DNA of 64,000 nucleotides from Lytechinus pictus (taxonomy: Eukaryota): NCBI RefSeq assembly GCF_037042905.1, contig NC_087254.1, positions 19,592,001 through 19,656,000 on the forward strand, written 5' to 3'. The notes under the pieces are model-generated. The model was not told where the DNA came from. It did not search any database and saw only the letters and a list, made by a program, of their open reading frames with translations. The first letter of the stretch is position 1. Every line of letters starts with the position of its first letter. The position numbers and the translations under genes are program-made. Of this stretch, positions 39,901 through 49,484 are shown in pieces.

Positions 39901-42900
39901 AGTGTGCAGACGCTCTCAGTCGTCGACCTATGGTTTGTGATGCCATGGACACCTTACAGCCCGTTGTTGAACAAGTACTTCAGTGTTCAGTAATGCCAAT
40001 AGAAGTAGAGCAAGAAATAAACGTCAATCGATTGGACATGGATGTAATGGCACCTGGTGTGTTCCCTTCCTACGATCTTAAACAGTTATCAGATCTGCAA
40101 CAGAATGACAATGGTTTGAGTGTCATCTTCAAGATGCGGAAAGCTGGATGGAAACCAGGAGAACCAACACCAGATGACAGTCCTGAAGTAAAGAGTTGGC
40201 TTCGAGAGTGGAAACAACTCGTAGAGAAGGATCAAGTGCTATTTCGCCGAATCGAGGTGCAGGGGGATGTTGTTGACCAACTTCTCATTCCAGCTAGCAT
40301 CAGGCATACTATCCTACAGGCTACACATGAAGGATGGGGCCATCAAGGTGTGACTCGGACACTCGGATTGTTACGCACAAGATGCTTTTGGCCTGGTCTT
40401 CAAGAGGACGTTCGACGACATATAAAGAAATGCTTCAACTGCACAGTGGTAAAGGCGCCTACTCCTACAGTGAAGACGCCGATGAGACACCTTCTTGCCT
40501 TCAGACCTTTAGAAGTCCTTGCAATTGATTTCCTTAAGATGGATCGTGGAAAAGGAGGCTACGAGGACATACTCGTCATGTCAGATGTGTACACCAAGTA
40601 TGCTCAAGCGATCCCATGCAAAGACCAAACTGCCCAGACGGTAGCAAGAGCCCTCAGAGACAACTGGTTTGTCCACCATGGAATACCCCACAGACTCCAT
40701 TCGGACCAAGGAAGAGATTTCGAAGGAAACCTTGTCCAAGAACTATGTCGGTTGTATGGTGTCAAGAAGTCAAGGACCACCCCATACCACCCAGAGGGGA
40801 ATGGACAGGTTGAACGTTTTAATAGAACGTTGTGTAGCATGATTCGATCGATGGATCCCTCAGAGAGAAGAAAATGGCCAGAGACAATATCTCATCTAGT
40901 GTTCAATTATAACACTACTCCACATCGATCGACTGGATTCTCCCCATACAGGTTGATGTATGGAAGGGAACCATCTCTACCCCTCGATCAGCTGTTGTCT
41001 CGTACCCGACGGTCATGGGATGAGGATTTCGTAGAGACGCAAGCTGCTGCTCTAAGCAAGATGAACGATCTCGTTGAGAAGAATCTCAAGGCCCAAGCAG
41101 AGGAGAATAAAGCCAAGCATGATAGACGGGTACAGTCCTCTCCCCTTGTAATTGGGCAGAGCGTATTGCTGAAGAGGATGGCATTCTCAACAAGACATAA
41201 GTTGAAAGATAAATACTTTAGGGAACCTTATGTCGTTGTTGACATCAACAATGAAGGCGACGTCTACAGTATCCGTCCACTCCATGGAGGAACACTCAAG
41301 ACTGTTAACCGAAAACTACTGATAGCTGATCCACGGACCCAGGAGCTCTGTGACTTGGCAGATAGCCATCCTAATCACATTCGTCAGTCAAGTGATGAAA
41401 CTGGAAGTCTTTCCTCGGAGAGTGAAACTGGTGAATGCAATAGTGATGATGACGGGGACGATTGGTTCCAATACCATCCTCCATCTTTCAATACTGAAGA
41501 GAATGCACGACCAGAAAACTCTCAGAATCTACGTCGGTCAAGTAGAGTTACTAAGGGCGTCCATAGAAATCCTTATCACTTACCGAGATCAACACTCTCG
41601 AATTGAAAAAGAAATATATAAATACACATGCGTATCTCAGATGAGTTGTTGTCATTTTTCTATTTTTTTCTTGTATATGAAGCCTTGTCAGCATTTTTCT
41701 ATTCACCTCCTAATTGATATTTTATTCAAACTTAGTGGAAGCTATTGAATATTTATAACTTATGTGTCAAAGTATTATAATTCAATTGCTGATATCATTG
41801 AGGACAATAAAGTATACTTCCTTTTTTATGAAATTATATTACGGAATGGTGTTATAACTTAGTAAAGAGGAAGGATCTTGTGAAAGTGATTATGTTACGC
41901 GGGAAGAAAACCCGCTTGGTCAGTAGAGATCGATTGTTTTGAGGTCATTGGTCAAGCTACTCAGTGAGGAGAGCGATCAGTCAGAGAGTCCTGTAGGATC
42001 CAGATAATTTAGATCTCAATCCTGTCGAGGTATGTTGATTGATATGTGCTATTTTATAAGAGAAGAATATCTATGTTTTGGAATATATCATCTCTAAATC
42101 ATGAACTAGAATTAGAGCATTGAATCGTAATTTTTCTGTTATGTCAAGGATACCTACTACGTGGCATGTTACGTAACAATGAATGTGTGTATATATGTAT
42201 CGGGTACCTATCGATTCAAGATGGTATCACTCTTTCCTTTTTGTCTTGGAATTGCCGAATTGGAGGACTATATTTATGTAGTTGTATTTCTTTAACGTGT
42301 ATTTAAATAGACGATGAGTAGAATTTATCAATGTGAATAATTCGTAAACCGGGAGATTTGGTAAATGGTAGCCTCAAGGTTAGGCAAGGTCAAATCGTTT
42401 CGTACTGATGGTTTCGATTAATTATCGATTTAACTTAATATTTTCGCCAGTTCAGTTATATATTTTAGATTTTAAAATGATACGTGATCAATTGATATTA
42501 TACAATCATATATATTAAGGATTGGTGTATCGTTTATTTATTTAGGAGTTCGAATGTTCATTTGTTGATGGAACTAGCTGGATTGTGATGATTTCTGGGT
42601 TTTCTACGAAGGTACGAAAAGTTATGAATTTTCCTTGTAATTTAATGACTGTGTTGTTCGAAGTGATATCTTATAATATTAGGATAAGAATGATTGGTGA
42701 ATTTGATTTTTTTCCTTCGAGCATTGAAGGCTTTAATGATAACTTTTTCATTAGATCACGGTGTTTGAATTAATAATTCTATTTTTTGTCAATATGATGT
42801 TAAGAACATTTACAGTTAATCGATTCTAATTTCCCTGTAAGATGTATAGAAACCTAAAAGGTATTATGATATAGTTGAATAGTTACTCATGCAAATGTAT

Positions 42901-45900
42901 GTTATTATTTATTTTAGATTGCAGTGTTGGGTACCGGAATCTGACCCTAGAAAGTGATTGTTTTGGTCCTTGGTATGGTTTTTAACCTGTATCTGCCCTA
43001 GTCGGGTGAGTCAAGATGGCCGTACTTAAAAGATTGATACGTGCAGCATTTTTTACCAAAATTAACGGTGTTTTGTGATCGATTACGAAAGTTTGAATTT
43101 GTTGACATATATAAAAGATTGATATATTTGGAAGAATGTTTCCAAAGTTTGCTATATAAATTGTGAATTCATATATTTTACAATGAAAGAAACTATTGCA
43201 AAAGAGGTCGATTTAAGCTTAGAAACATATAATATCTATGATATTTGTGACTATTTAATTATCGATAGTTGTATTAATAACTTGTTATAAATATTATTAC
43301 TTTTCGCATATTATCGAGCGCAGACTGATATCTAGTTATATAATTGCAGATCATTAAAAAAATAAAAATAAACGCAATGTAGTGGCCTGCTCAGTGATCG
43401 ACAGGTGTACTCGTAATATTAAGAGTTTATATTCTGTCTTGACATGTAAATGCTTTATTCATGCTGTAATGATATTTTGAACATTATACTCATGTTCTTT
43501 ATTGTTTCTCTCTTTTCTGCTTGCAGAGGTTTTTTTTCCAATTTGTTATATACTGAACAACTGTTGTGCTCAAGTGGGAAATTAAATTCCGCTCACAACC
43601 TACAACTCTCGTCGTATCGTGTCTTGTGTTCTGGAGTGTCCTGACAACTTCCCCCAAAACCCAGAATACTACAAGTGGTGTCAGAAGTGGGATAGAACTT
43701 GAGCATCGATAGACGGCAACTAAGAAGCAAGAAAAGAAGAACATCATTAGACGGAAACCAAGAAGCAAGAAAGAAAACCTCCGACTTTGGTTGTATGGTA
43801 AACGTAGTGTAATTTTACTGTGGAAGAAAATACTACTTTTGAAACAAATGCCATAGTTTTTTTTCCTAATTGTAGACAGCAGGTTCCATTTGTTTGAATC
43901 ATACTTACTGAGTGAGGATGCCAAGGAACACTAACTCAGAGGATGATGCTCCAAGGGGAGCTACGGCCCAGCCCTTAGCTCCAGGTCTAGCTGAAATGAT
44001 GGCAGCATTGACGGGGGCTTTCCAAAGTCTGCAATCACCGAGGGGTTTACCAGCGGTAAAGCTGAGTAAGTTTGGTGGGTTCCCCCGGAAACATGGAGAC
44101 CCGACAATCAATGAATGGCTCCAAGAATTTGATGAATATTGTAGCTATTATCAACTGAAGAGGAAAGAAGAGGCTCAGGTACTATTGACTCATCTGACAG
44201 ATTCGGCCAAAGACGAAGCGAGGCTGTATGACTCTACGGTCAGGGAGGACAGTACGGCATTGAAGCAGGCTTTGAAGTCTCGTTATGGCCTAAAGGAGAC
44301 TGTACAACCATTGACCACGGAATTACATGCCAGAGTACAAAGGCCAGGTGAAACGTTGGCAGATTTCAGTAGTGCACTTATTCGCTTGCACGATCGAATG
44401 GAAGCTGCAGCGACAGGTGATGAGCGATCAGCATTGATCATGCTGAGGAACAATACATTGAAAGAACGGTTTGTAACTGGTGTGAGAGACAAACAGATTC
44501 AGAGGGAGATTCGACGTATCATGTTTAGCACTGAGGATAAATCCTTTATTGATATGCGAAGAGAAGTTCTGCGAATGTTCCAGGATGAGGACACAGTTTC
44601 TCCTAAAGCTAGTATTAGGGAATGTGAAGTAGAGGCGGCGAGAGCATCGGTAAATACTGAGGATCAGACAATTCAAAACATGAAAAGTGAGATCACCGAG
44701 TTAAAGGAGACTTTGAAAGAGGTTGTTCAAGTGATGAAAGGCATGAAAAGCAATCCTAAACAAAACTCACCACCTTTTTGCTACAACTGTAATAAGAAAG
44801 GACACTTGAAAAGAGAATGTCGCTCACCTCCTCTCTGCTATGGATGTAAGCAAGTAGGTCACATGAGAAAGGACTGCCCCAATGGGTCAGGTACACGACA
44901 AAATCCAAGAAGTCCTCAAGGAGCAGACATGATGCCTCAAGAAGAACAAGTTCAAGGAAATGTCAGAAGCTTGTCAGCTGGTGGGAATGAGAAAACACTC
45001 AGCTTGGTATCATCGTGTCCAAAGTCAGTAGTTGGAATAGCAGGGGTACCCACAGGCTGTATTCTAGACACAGGAGCAGAAGCTAGTCTTATTCCGGTAT
45101 CCTACTATGAAGGGAAACTGAGGGAAGTTATTGGTCCTCTTGATGGTAGTGGCGATGGTATTAGAGTTGTTGGGATCCATGATAGCGTAGTACCGGTGGT
45201 AGGATACATCCATACCACCATGACCCTGAATGGCGAATCCTTTGAAGTAGGTTTTCTGGTTGTTAATGACGAGTTGCAAACCAAGAAGAAGACAGACTAT
45301 CCTGTTCTCCTCGGCTGCAATGCACTTTGGCCAGTAGTCAAGAAGAAAGTCTACAAAGATGATGATGAGAACTGGAAACTTGTTGAGGTGGCTCTCAAGT
45401 TGTCACGTGAGAACCGAGAGGTTGCTACCCCAAACACTCTCTTGACCTCCAAAGAAAGGAGAATCCTCCCGCCGTTGACAGTTCATCGAGTAGAATACCA
45501 GATGAATGATGCACCTTCCTTTGAGTATACTGAGAAGAGTATTCTGATAGGCACAGACTGTCAGGTCAACAACATCAATCCTCTAGTAGGGAAAGGACTG
45601 GATGTCTATGACACTTGTTTGGAAGCTGACGGACAAGAACTTCAAGTAACTGTTGCAAATAGGTCCACTCAACAATTAGAGATCACTCAGGGCATGGTTC
45701 TTGCATCGGCTACCCAAAGCTAAGTTCAAACCCCGGGGTTCAAACACCAAACACAAAATGAAACGGGTGGGACTAGTCTTTGCTGTGTTGGCAGGCAGGA
45801 TCAGGATCGATCGCCAATCAAATTGGTAAGTGCTACATACTCGTTCCGATTTCCCCTGTAAATCAAAGCCAGGAAATTGGCCATTATTTTTCATACGTTA

Positions 45901-45994
45901 ATCTACGAATCATTAAAATACACATACCTTTGTCTAACAGCAAAACAGCTTGAATGAAATAAAACAAAATTTTCTGGGCACAGTGCGCGGCCAT
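21969..45994 (-). CDS. GNPTG: N-acetylglucosamine-1-phosphotransferase subunit gamma (MRH domain), ~297 aa, 11 exons
   Basis: Exons (minus strand): 45928-45994 (signal peptide [22 protein letters not shown]), 33613-33670 (RMRLVEEP), 32848-32918, 32302-32356 ([14 protein letters not shown]), 31612-31695 ([28 protein letters not shown]), 31095-31188 ([17 protein letters not shown]), 30279-30393 ([18 protein letters not shown]), 29112-29194, 27352-27486 ([15 protein letters not shown]), 26885-26954, 21969-22030. GT-AG introns, consistent phases, 894 nt. The first and last exons rest on phase and splice-site fit rather than strong homology. Confidence 0.93.
33476..33589. repeat. Imperfect fold-back / mini-MITE
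   Basis: cagtcacaattctttgact..cctgtttcaaccagaaaacaatagatt / aatctattgttctctggttcaaacagg..agtcaaagaattgtgactg inverted arms. Confidence 0.7.
34245..36238 (+). repeat. LTR 1 (~2 kb) of the Gypsy array
   Basis: Ends ...ATACTACA two bases before the PBS. Homologous to 41807-43673 from position 34379 onward. The 5' end (TGTAAAG at 34245) is inferred; TGTGAAAG at 34451 is an alternative. Confidence 0.75.
36241..36258 (+). other. Primer-binding site complementary to the tRNA-Leu 3' end (second copy 43676-43693)
   Basis: TGGTGTCAGAAGTGGGAT is the reverse complement of ATCCCACTTCTGACA-CCA, the 3' end of metazoan tRNA-Leu(CAA/CAG). Confidence 0.9.
36483..41606 (+). CDS. Single-ORF Gag-Pol polyprotein (capsid, 2x CCHC, aspartic protease, spacer domain, RT, RNase H, integrase)
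   Basis: First ATG at 36483 (ORF track starts at GTG 36477). [14 protein letters not shown] and [14 protein letters not shown] zinc knuckles; protease ILDTGAEAS; RT with [20 protein letters not shown]; RNase H DAS/ELLG/TDH/ADALSR; integrase H..GHQG..C..C, AIDF, HSDQG, QVERFN; C-terminal LRRSSR..H.NP.HLP motif. PR-RT-RH-IN order indicates Ty3/Gypsy. No stops or frameshifts. Confidence 0.96.
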   Translation: MPRNTNSEDDAPRGATAQPLAPGLAEMMAALTGAFQSLQSPRGLPAVKLSKFGGFPRKHGDPTINEWLQEFDEYCSYYQLKRKEEAQVLLTHLTDSAKDEARLYDSTVREDSTALKQALKSRYGLKETVQPLTTELHARVQRPGETLADFSSALIRLHDRMEAAATGDERSALIMLRNNTLKERFVTGVRDKQIQREIRRIMFSTEDKSFIDMRREVLRMFQDEDTVSPKASIRECEVEAARASVNTEDQTIQNMKSEITELKETLKEVVQVMKGMKSNPKQNSPPFCYNCNKKGHLKRECRSPPLCYGCKQVGHMRKDCPNGSGTRQNPRSPQGADMMPQEEQVQGNVRSLSAGGNEKTLSLVSSCPKSVVGIAGIPTGCILDTGAEASLIPVSYYEGKLREVIGPLDGSGDGIRVVGIHDSVVPVVGYIHTTMTLNGESFEVGFLVVNDELQTKKKTDYPVLLGCNALWPVVKKKVYKDDDENWKLVEVALKLSRENQEVATPNTLLTSKERRILPPLTVHRVECQMNDAPSFEYTEKSILIGTDCQVNNINPLVGKGLDVYDTCLEADGQELQVTVANRSTQQLEITQGMVLASATQVKERDEIIMQEKNGLIEVDIMKVMVEAGANVAVIERDTQIQSHQEGVDHLCMDGKSVKLPVGVKIEHLSGEEADTIANLLSNHKSTFAESDMDLGNCTAIPHQIRTSEGPPIRLPYRRIPPNHIPELKALLQEMLDKGIIQQSTSPYASPVVPVRKKDGTMRVCIDYRQLNARTVRDSFPLPRIDETLEVLGGAKFFSSLDLANGYFQIAMDERSIEKTAFRVPWGLFEFLRMPQGLVNSPSTFQRVMELVLGDLNLSQLVIYLDDILVFSSTLEEHLTRLEAVFRRLTEYGLKLKGKKCQFLQRKVHHLGHVVTASGISVDPKKIDTIKTWSVPKTATELRSFLGLASYYRRFVLGFASIAAPLHALLGNCLPPSKKSKKRHGNMAGRLKEFVWSEKADEAFRKLKDALTSTPVLGYPQFGKKFVVEIDASLKGLGACLSQHGDDGKLHPVVYASRGLRNAERSYPDYSSFKLELLGLKWAIADKFREYLIGSQVEVLTDHNPLAHLETAKLGATEQRWVAQLAPFDLQIKYRPGRTNKCADALSRRPMVCDAMDTLQPVVEQVLQCSVMPIEVEQEINVNRLDMDVMAPGVFPSYDLKQLSDLQQNDNGLSVIFKMRKAGWKPGEPTPDDSPEVKSWLREWKQLVEKDQVLFRRIEVQGDVVDQLLIPASIRHTILQATHEGWGHQGVTRTLGLLRTRCFWPGLQEDVRRHIKKCFNCTVVKAPTPTVKTPMRHLLAFRPLEVLAIDFLKMDRGKGGYEDILVMSDVYTKYAQAIPCKDQTAQTVARALRDNWFVHHGIPHRLHSDQGRDFEGNLVQELCRLYGVKKSRTTPYHPEGNGQVERFNRTLCSMIRSMDPSERRKWPETISHLVFNYNTTPHRSTGFSPYRLMYGREPSLPLDQLLSRTRRSWDEDFVETQAAALSKMNDLVEKNLKAQAEENKAKHDRRVQSSPLVIGQSVLLKRMAFSTRHKLKDKYFREPYVVVDINNEGDVYSIRPLHGGTLKTVNRKLLIADPRTQELCDLADSHPNHIRQSSDETGSLSSESETGECNSDDDGDDWFQYHPPSFNTEENARPENSQNLRRSSRVTKGVHRNPYHLPRSTLSN
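41807..43673 (+). repeat. LTR 2 (shared middle LTR), lacking the 34245-34378 segment present before copy 1
   Basis: Near-identical to 34379-36238. Differences seen: a>g at ~41899, a 7-bp duplication at ~42468, c>t at ~43214. Confidence 0.85.
43918..45723 (+). CDS. 3'-truncated second copy: complete Gag plus protease plus spacer, ~600 aa
   Basis: Matches the first ~600 aa of the full ORF except I>V, Q>R and C>Y. Homology breaks at ...GCATCGGCTAC|CCAAAGCTAA (45713) and the frame stops in flanking DNA. Confidence 0.8.
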   Translation: MPRNTNSEDDAPRGATAQPLAPGLAEMMAALTGAFQSLQSPRGLPAVKLSKFGGFPRKHGDPTINEWLQEFDEYCSYYQLKRKEEAQVLLTHLTDSAKDEARLYDSTVREDSTALKQALKSRYGLKETVQPLTTELHARVQRPGETLADFSSALIRLHDRMEAAATGDERSALIMLRNNTLKERFVTGVRDKQIQREIRRIMFSTEDKSFIDMRREVLRMFQDEDTVSPKASIRECEVEAARASVNTEDQTIQNMKSEITELKETLKEVVQVMKGMKSNPKQNSPPFCYNCNKKGHLKRECRSPPLCYGCKQVGHMRKDCPNGSGTRQNPRSPQGADMMPQEEQVQGNVRSLSAGGNEKTLSLVSSCPKSVVGIAGVPTGCILDTGAEASLIPVSYYEGKLREVIGPLDGSGDGIRVVGIHDSVVPVVGYIHTTMTLNGESFEVGFLVVNDELQTKKKTDYPVLLGCNALWPVVKKKVYKDDDENWKLVEVALKLSRENREVATPNTLLTSKERRILPPLTVHRVEYQMNDAPSFEYTEKSILIGTDCQVNNINPLVGKGLDVYDTCLEADGQELQVTVANRSTQQLEITQGMVLASATQS

Positions 45995-46091
45995 CTTGAC
46001 TCGTCACATGCACACTCCATGAAATATTCCCGGATGTTATTTTTTGTTTGTAAACATGAAGGTCAATGCACTTTTTCCCCTCATAAAACGG

Positions 46092-47203
46092 TAGGGGAAG
46101 GCGGGGTAAGTTGTGACACTTTTTGCATTTTTCATGTTAGAATTGATATGAATAATAATATTGTAGAAATAAGTACCTTGCCTTTAAATTTGATTCTTGG
46201 GAAATATTTTTCACACATATATATAAGCGCGGTAGCTCAGTCGGTAGAGCGGGGGTTTCGGATTCCGGTGACCCGGGTTCGATTCCCAAGTGGTGCGCTA
46301 GTGCCCTTTGGTAAGGCATTTATCCTTATTACCAGGTCCCTCGGAGAGGACCTTAAGCCGTCGGTCCCCTGGTTGCTTGCTCACAGGCATTCGTGCTTTC
46401 TTAGCAGTCAGGTAAAAACCTCGATATAACATAACATAACTGTCTACCCCCCCCCCCCCCCCACTGAAAGCCATTAATTGTGACCTTTGAAAAAATCCGA
46501 TGTCAAATGGCTCAACTTGTCCCATCTGTGGGGTTAGTTGTGCCACCTTCTGGGGTAAGTTGAGCCACAAAAACTATGTACAAAATGTATGCGGGAAAAA
46601 CCAACATGCCAATTTTTTATTAAAAGTCTTTTCATGCACTTGCTAATTCTTTCTATATACAAACATCCTCTAAAAGTAAAATAACTGTCATGTGGTTTTG
46701 CTTTCTGCCTGCATATCAATGGCTTTTTAAAGATATTTTTTCTATTATACATTACCATAAGAATTACCATGGCTCGATCAACTTGCCCCATGTTGGCTGG
46801 CTCAACTTACCCCAGTCCGAACTTCATGCGATATTTTCACATCCACACATTTCCTATGCTTCCATCATGTAAAAGACTATGACAAGACTGAGAATCCATA
46901 TAACTGGACTAACAATATTGTTCTTATTTCTTTATTATATTTAAATACGTGTGTGGGTAAAAAGCACTGATCTATTTCACACCCTTTTCTACTTTTTGGG
47001 CTGAAATTTGTATTTTAATTTCCCTCTAAAAAAGTACTTTTTGTTTCAAAGTTGAAAACAATGTGGTGGGGTTAGTGCTGGTTATGCAATGGGTCATCAT
47101 GATCAATACATGACATCACCACAATGTCTGACCCATTCATTATTGGCCTGGGGCTGGTAGCTCAACTTGCCCCTATATGCTCAACTTACCCCGCCTTCCC
47201 CTA
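46092..47203. mobile_element. Non-autonomous DNA transposon (TA-flanked, pogo/Tigger-like TIRs) about 100 bp upstream of the GNPTG ATG
   Basis: TAGGGGAAGGCGGGGTAAGTTG (46092) ... CAACTTACCCCGCCTTCCCCTA (47203) form perfect 22-bp inverted ends. Several internal (g)ctcaactt(g/a)ccc sub-terminal motifs. Confidence 0.85.
46227..46440 (+). mobile_element. tRNA-derived SINE (Meta-domain-like core) nested in the MITE
   Basis: tRNA-like head with A box TAGCTCAGTCGGTAG and B box GGTTCGATTCC. It is followed by gtgccctttggtaaggcattt and ggagaggaccttaagccgtcggtccc (resembles the MetaSINE core, from memory), then an (ATAAC)n tail. Confidence 0.8.
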
Positions 47204-47206
47204 TAG

Positions 47207-47318
47207 TTGAAGAAAGGTGCAGAATAAAGGCTTCGGGAATAAGCTATAGCTTTATTTTGCACCTTTCTTCAAGGTAGCTAGCTTATTCCCGAAGCCTTTA
47301 TTCTGCACCTTTCTTCAA
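47207..47318. repeat. Perfect ~40-bp fold-back with an internal partial third arm
   Basis: ttgaagaaaggtgcagaataaaggcttcgggaataagcta ... tagcttattcccgaagcctttattctgcacctttcttcaa; the spacer contains ctttattttgcacctttcttcaa. Confidence 0.85.
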
Positions 47319-49484
47319 AGATGATTCGGGGGGGGGAAGAAAATATTGAAATAAAAAAAAAGATGTACAATCGCAAAAAGAAGATCGAGGAATAGAAGAG
47401 AAAAAGGGAGGAGGAAGAAGAGCCTGATGAGGCGAAGGGGGGGGGGTCGCCGTGGGAGAATAGTCATGCATGTACGAGAAAATGGAAAGAGGAACGAAGT
47501 AAGCAAGTATAGCATGAGAGGAGAGATAGGTTATATAGAGGGTGGAATTAGAGGAGAAAGAGGAGGAGGAACTATTATGATCGAGAGAAGAAAAGAAAAC
47601 AGAGATTAGATCGTACGGTTGTAATTTTCATACGTTTTTTGTTTTGTTTTTTGTTGTTGTTGAACGAGAGAAAAAAATGGAACTATAAAATTTAGACTTG
47701 AAACTGAAGCTCCAACCACAATTACTCCGTTTTCATGATGACGTTATTGTTATAATTCAAATAAATAACAGTCCATTTACTGAGTCTTTGCAAAAGTAAT
47801 ATTATAATCAGCGGGTTAGAAGTGAAATTGTATGAAACTGAAACTATAGTGTATTCGATACCACTCAACTTTTATCATGAAGGTATTTATAGGCTGGAAG
47901 TTCATATATCAAATGCTATATAGTACATTTTTTCCGAGATCGGATCGCAAACGAAACGTTGAAAGTGCACCGGGCTGTATCAGTTTTACCTTAATTTTAA
48001 TCATTCGTATTTTCACTTCAGCCAGCGGTGACACCGGGGGTGGGGGGCATGGGGATGTCCCCCCGATCCCATTTGATGGAACCCCATAAATTTGAAACAA
48101 TGGAGAAAGTAGAGTATAATCTGCCTTTACCCCAAACATGTTCTTTGTCCCCACTACCCCCTAAAAAAATCGTGGTGCCATATACCCTGCATGTGGTAGA
48201 AAAAGGAGGCAGGGGATTTGGGTGTCAGTATATTCGGGGGGTTTCATCACCCCCCCTCCCCTCCAATATGATTGTGAAAATCAGACTACTTCATTTCAGA
48301 AATGAAGGAACAGAGAGCATAGGATCTGTGTAAAGGTCATGATCACGATCATCGTCAACAAAAGAAAACAGTAGGCCAAAACATGTCGATAATACAAAAA
48401 TGTATTTTATTCAGTCTTTTGATAAGAACAATTCCTTATGGCGTAAATTCATGAATACTTTCTTTTTTTTAAAGTAAATAACAAAAGTTTGATCACAATT
48501 GAATGATTAACACAACGCAATAACAATTTTGAAATAATTCAATCATCAAGTTACAAATATTTCCCGACAACAAATGGATATCAAATTGCAAAACAAAATA
48601 AAATATATGTATAATAAAATGTAATCAATTTTACAGTCAAGTTTGAGATTTGTTTTGTTCACATCAACAATCATGAATAATTCTGAATACATGAATCAAA
48701 ATGAAATATACAATAACGTAGATTTTTTTTTCATAATATTATTATAATTACAAGGTATAACAAATGGCATGAATTATTTTGCAGGGTGGATTGAAAAAGT
48801 TTGAGTGAATAAAAATGACTGGAAAAGATTTCAGAAATAAATATACAAAATGAAAAATAACGGTTAACGTTTTTTTTTAAGTCGATCTAGGCTGGTATAC
48901 TACCGAGTTGCGAGGCGTTGGAGAATATCATCTCGCATACCCCGGGCTTAATACACGTGACTCGACACAAGAGGTCGAGGCCAGGATCGGCAATATGTGG
49001 CGACGAGGCCGGCCTCGACTGCGTCCCTGCTAAAGTATTAAGGGTGATTTTAGACAGGGGCGGGGGGGGGGGGGGGCTGGGGGCTTCATCCCCCACTTTT
49101 TTCCAAAACCGTGTACAAAAACGTAAAAATGACCATATGATTGTGATTTTTTGCATGGTCAGCTCCCCCCCCCCCCCACACACACTTGTGGCTCAGCCCC
49201 CCACTTTGAAAACCGTTCCGCGGCCCCTGTTAGATGCGGTAAGAAAGGAGAACGAAGAAAATTAGAATACATTTGTAGAAAATGAAAATAACACTGTATA
49301 TGAGCTTGTTACGCAAATGTCATAGAAATGTTATAACAGTCAACCCCCAAAATGAGAAAAATTACGTCACCTTAATGCCATCATCTTACCCCAACTCTTT
49401 TATTAAGCGCTGGAACTATCCTTCAATATAATTTAAATGTGGTAAATTAAGGTCTTTCATCTACAATAAAGTTTTCTATAATCA

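Larger units (their letters stand above)
34245..45713 (+). mobile_element. Ty3/Gypsy LTR retrotransposon, head-to-tail array (LTR-gag/pol-LTR-truncated gag/pro) in GNPTG intron 1, antisense to the host gene
   Basis: 34379-38278 is repeated at 41807-45713 (offset 7428, or 7435 after a 7-bp insertion). Two PBSs, one intact 1709-codon ORF and one truncated copy. The left boundary is inferred from TGTA at 34245. Confidence 0.92.

Noticed and set aside
46227-46300. Functional tRNA gene
   Set aside because: The tRNA-like head continues into a SINE core and simple-repeat tail, with no oligo-T terminator after the cloverleaf.
46500-47200. CRISPR-like array of repeated ctcaacttgccc motifs
   Set aside because: Irregular spacing and mixed orientation; these are sub-terminal repeats of a DNA transposon in eukaryotic DNA.
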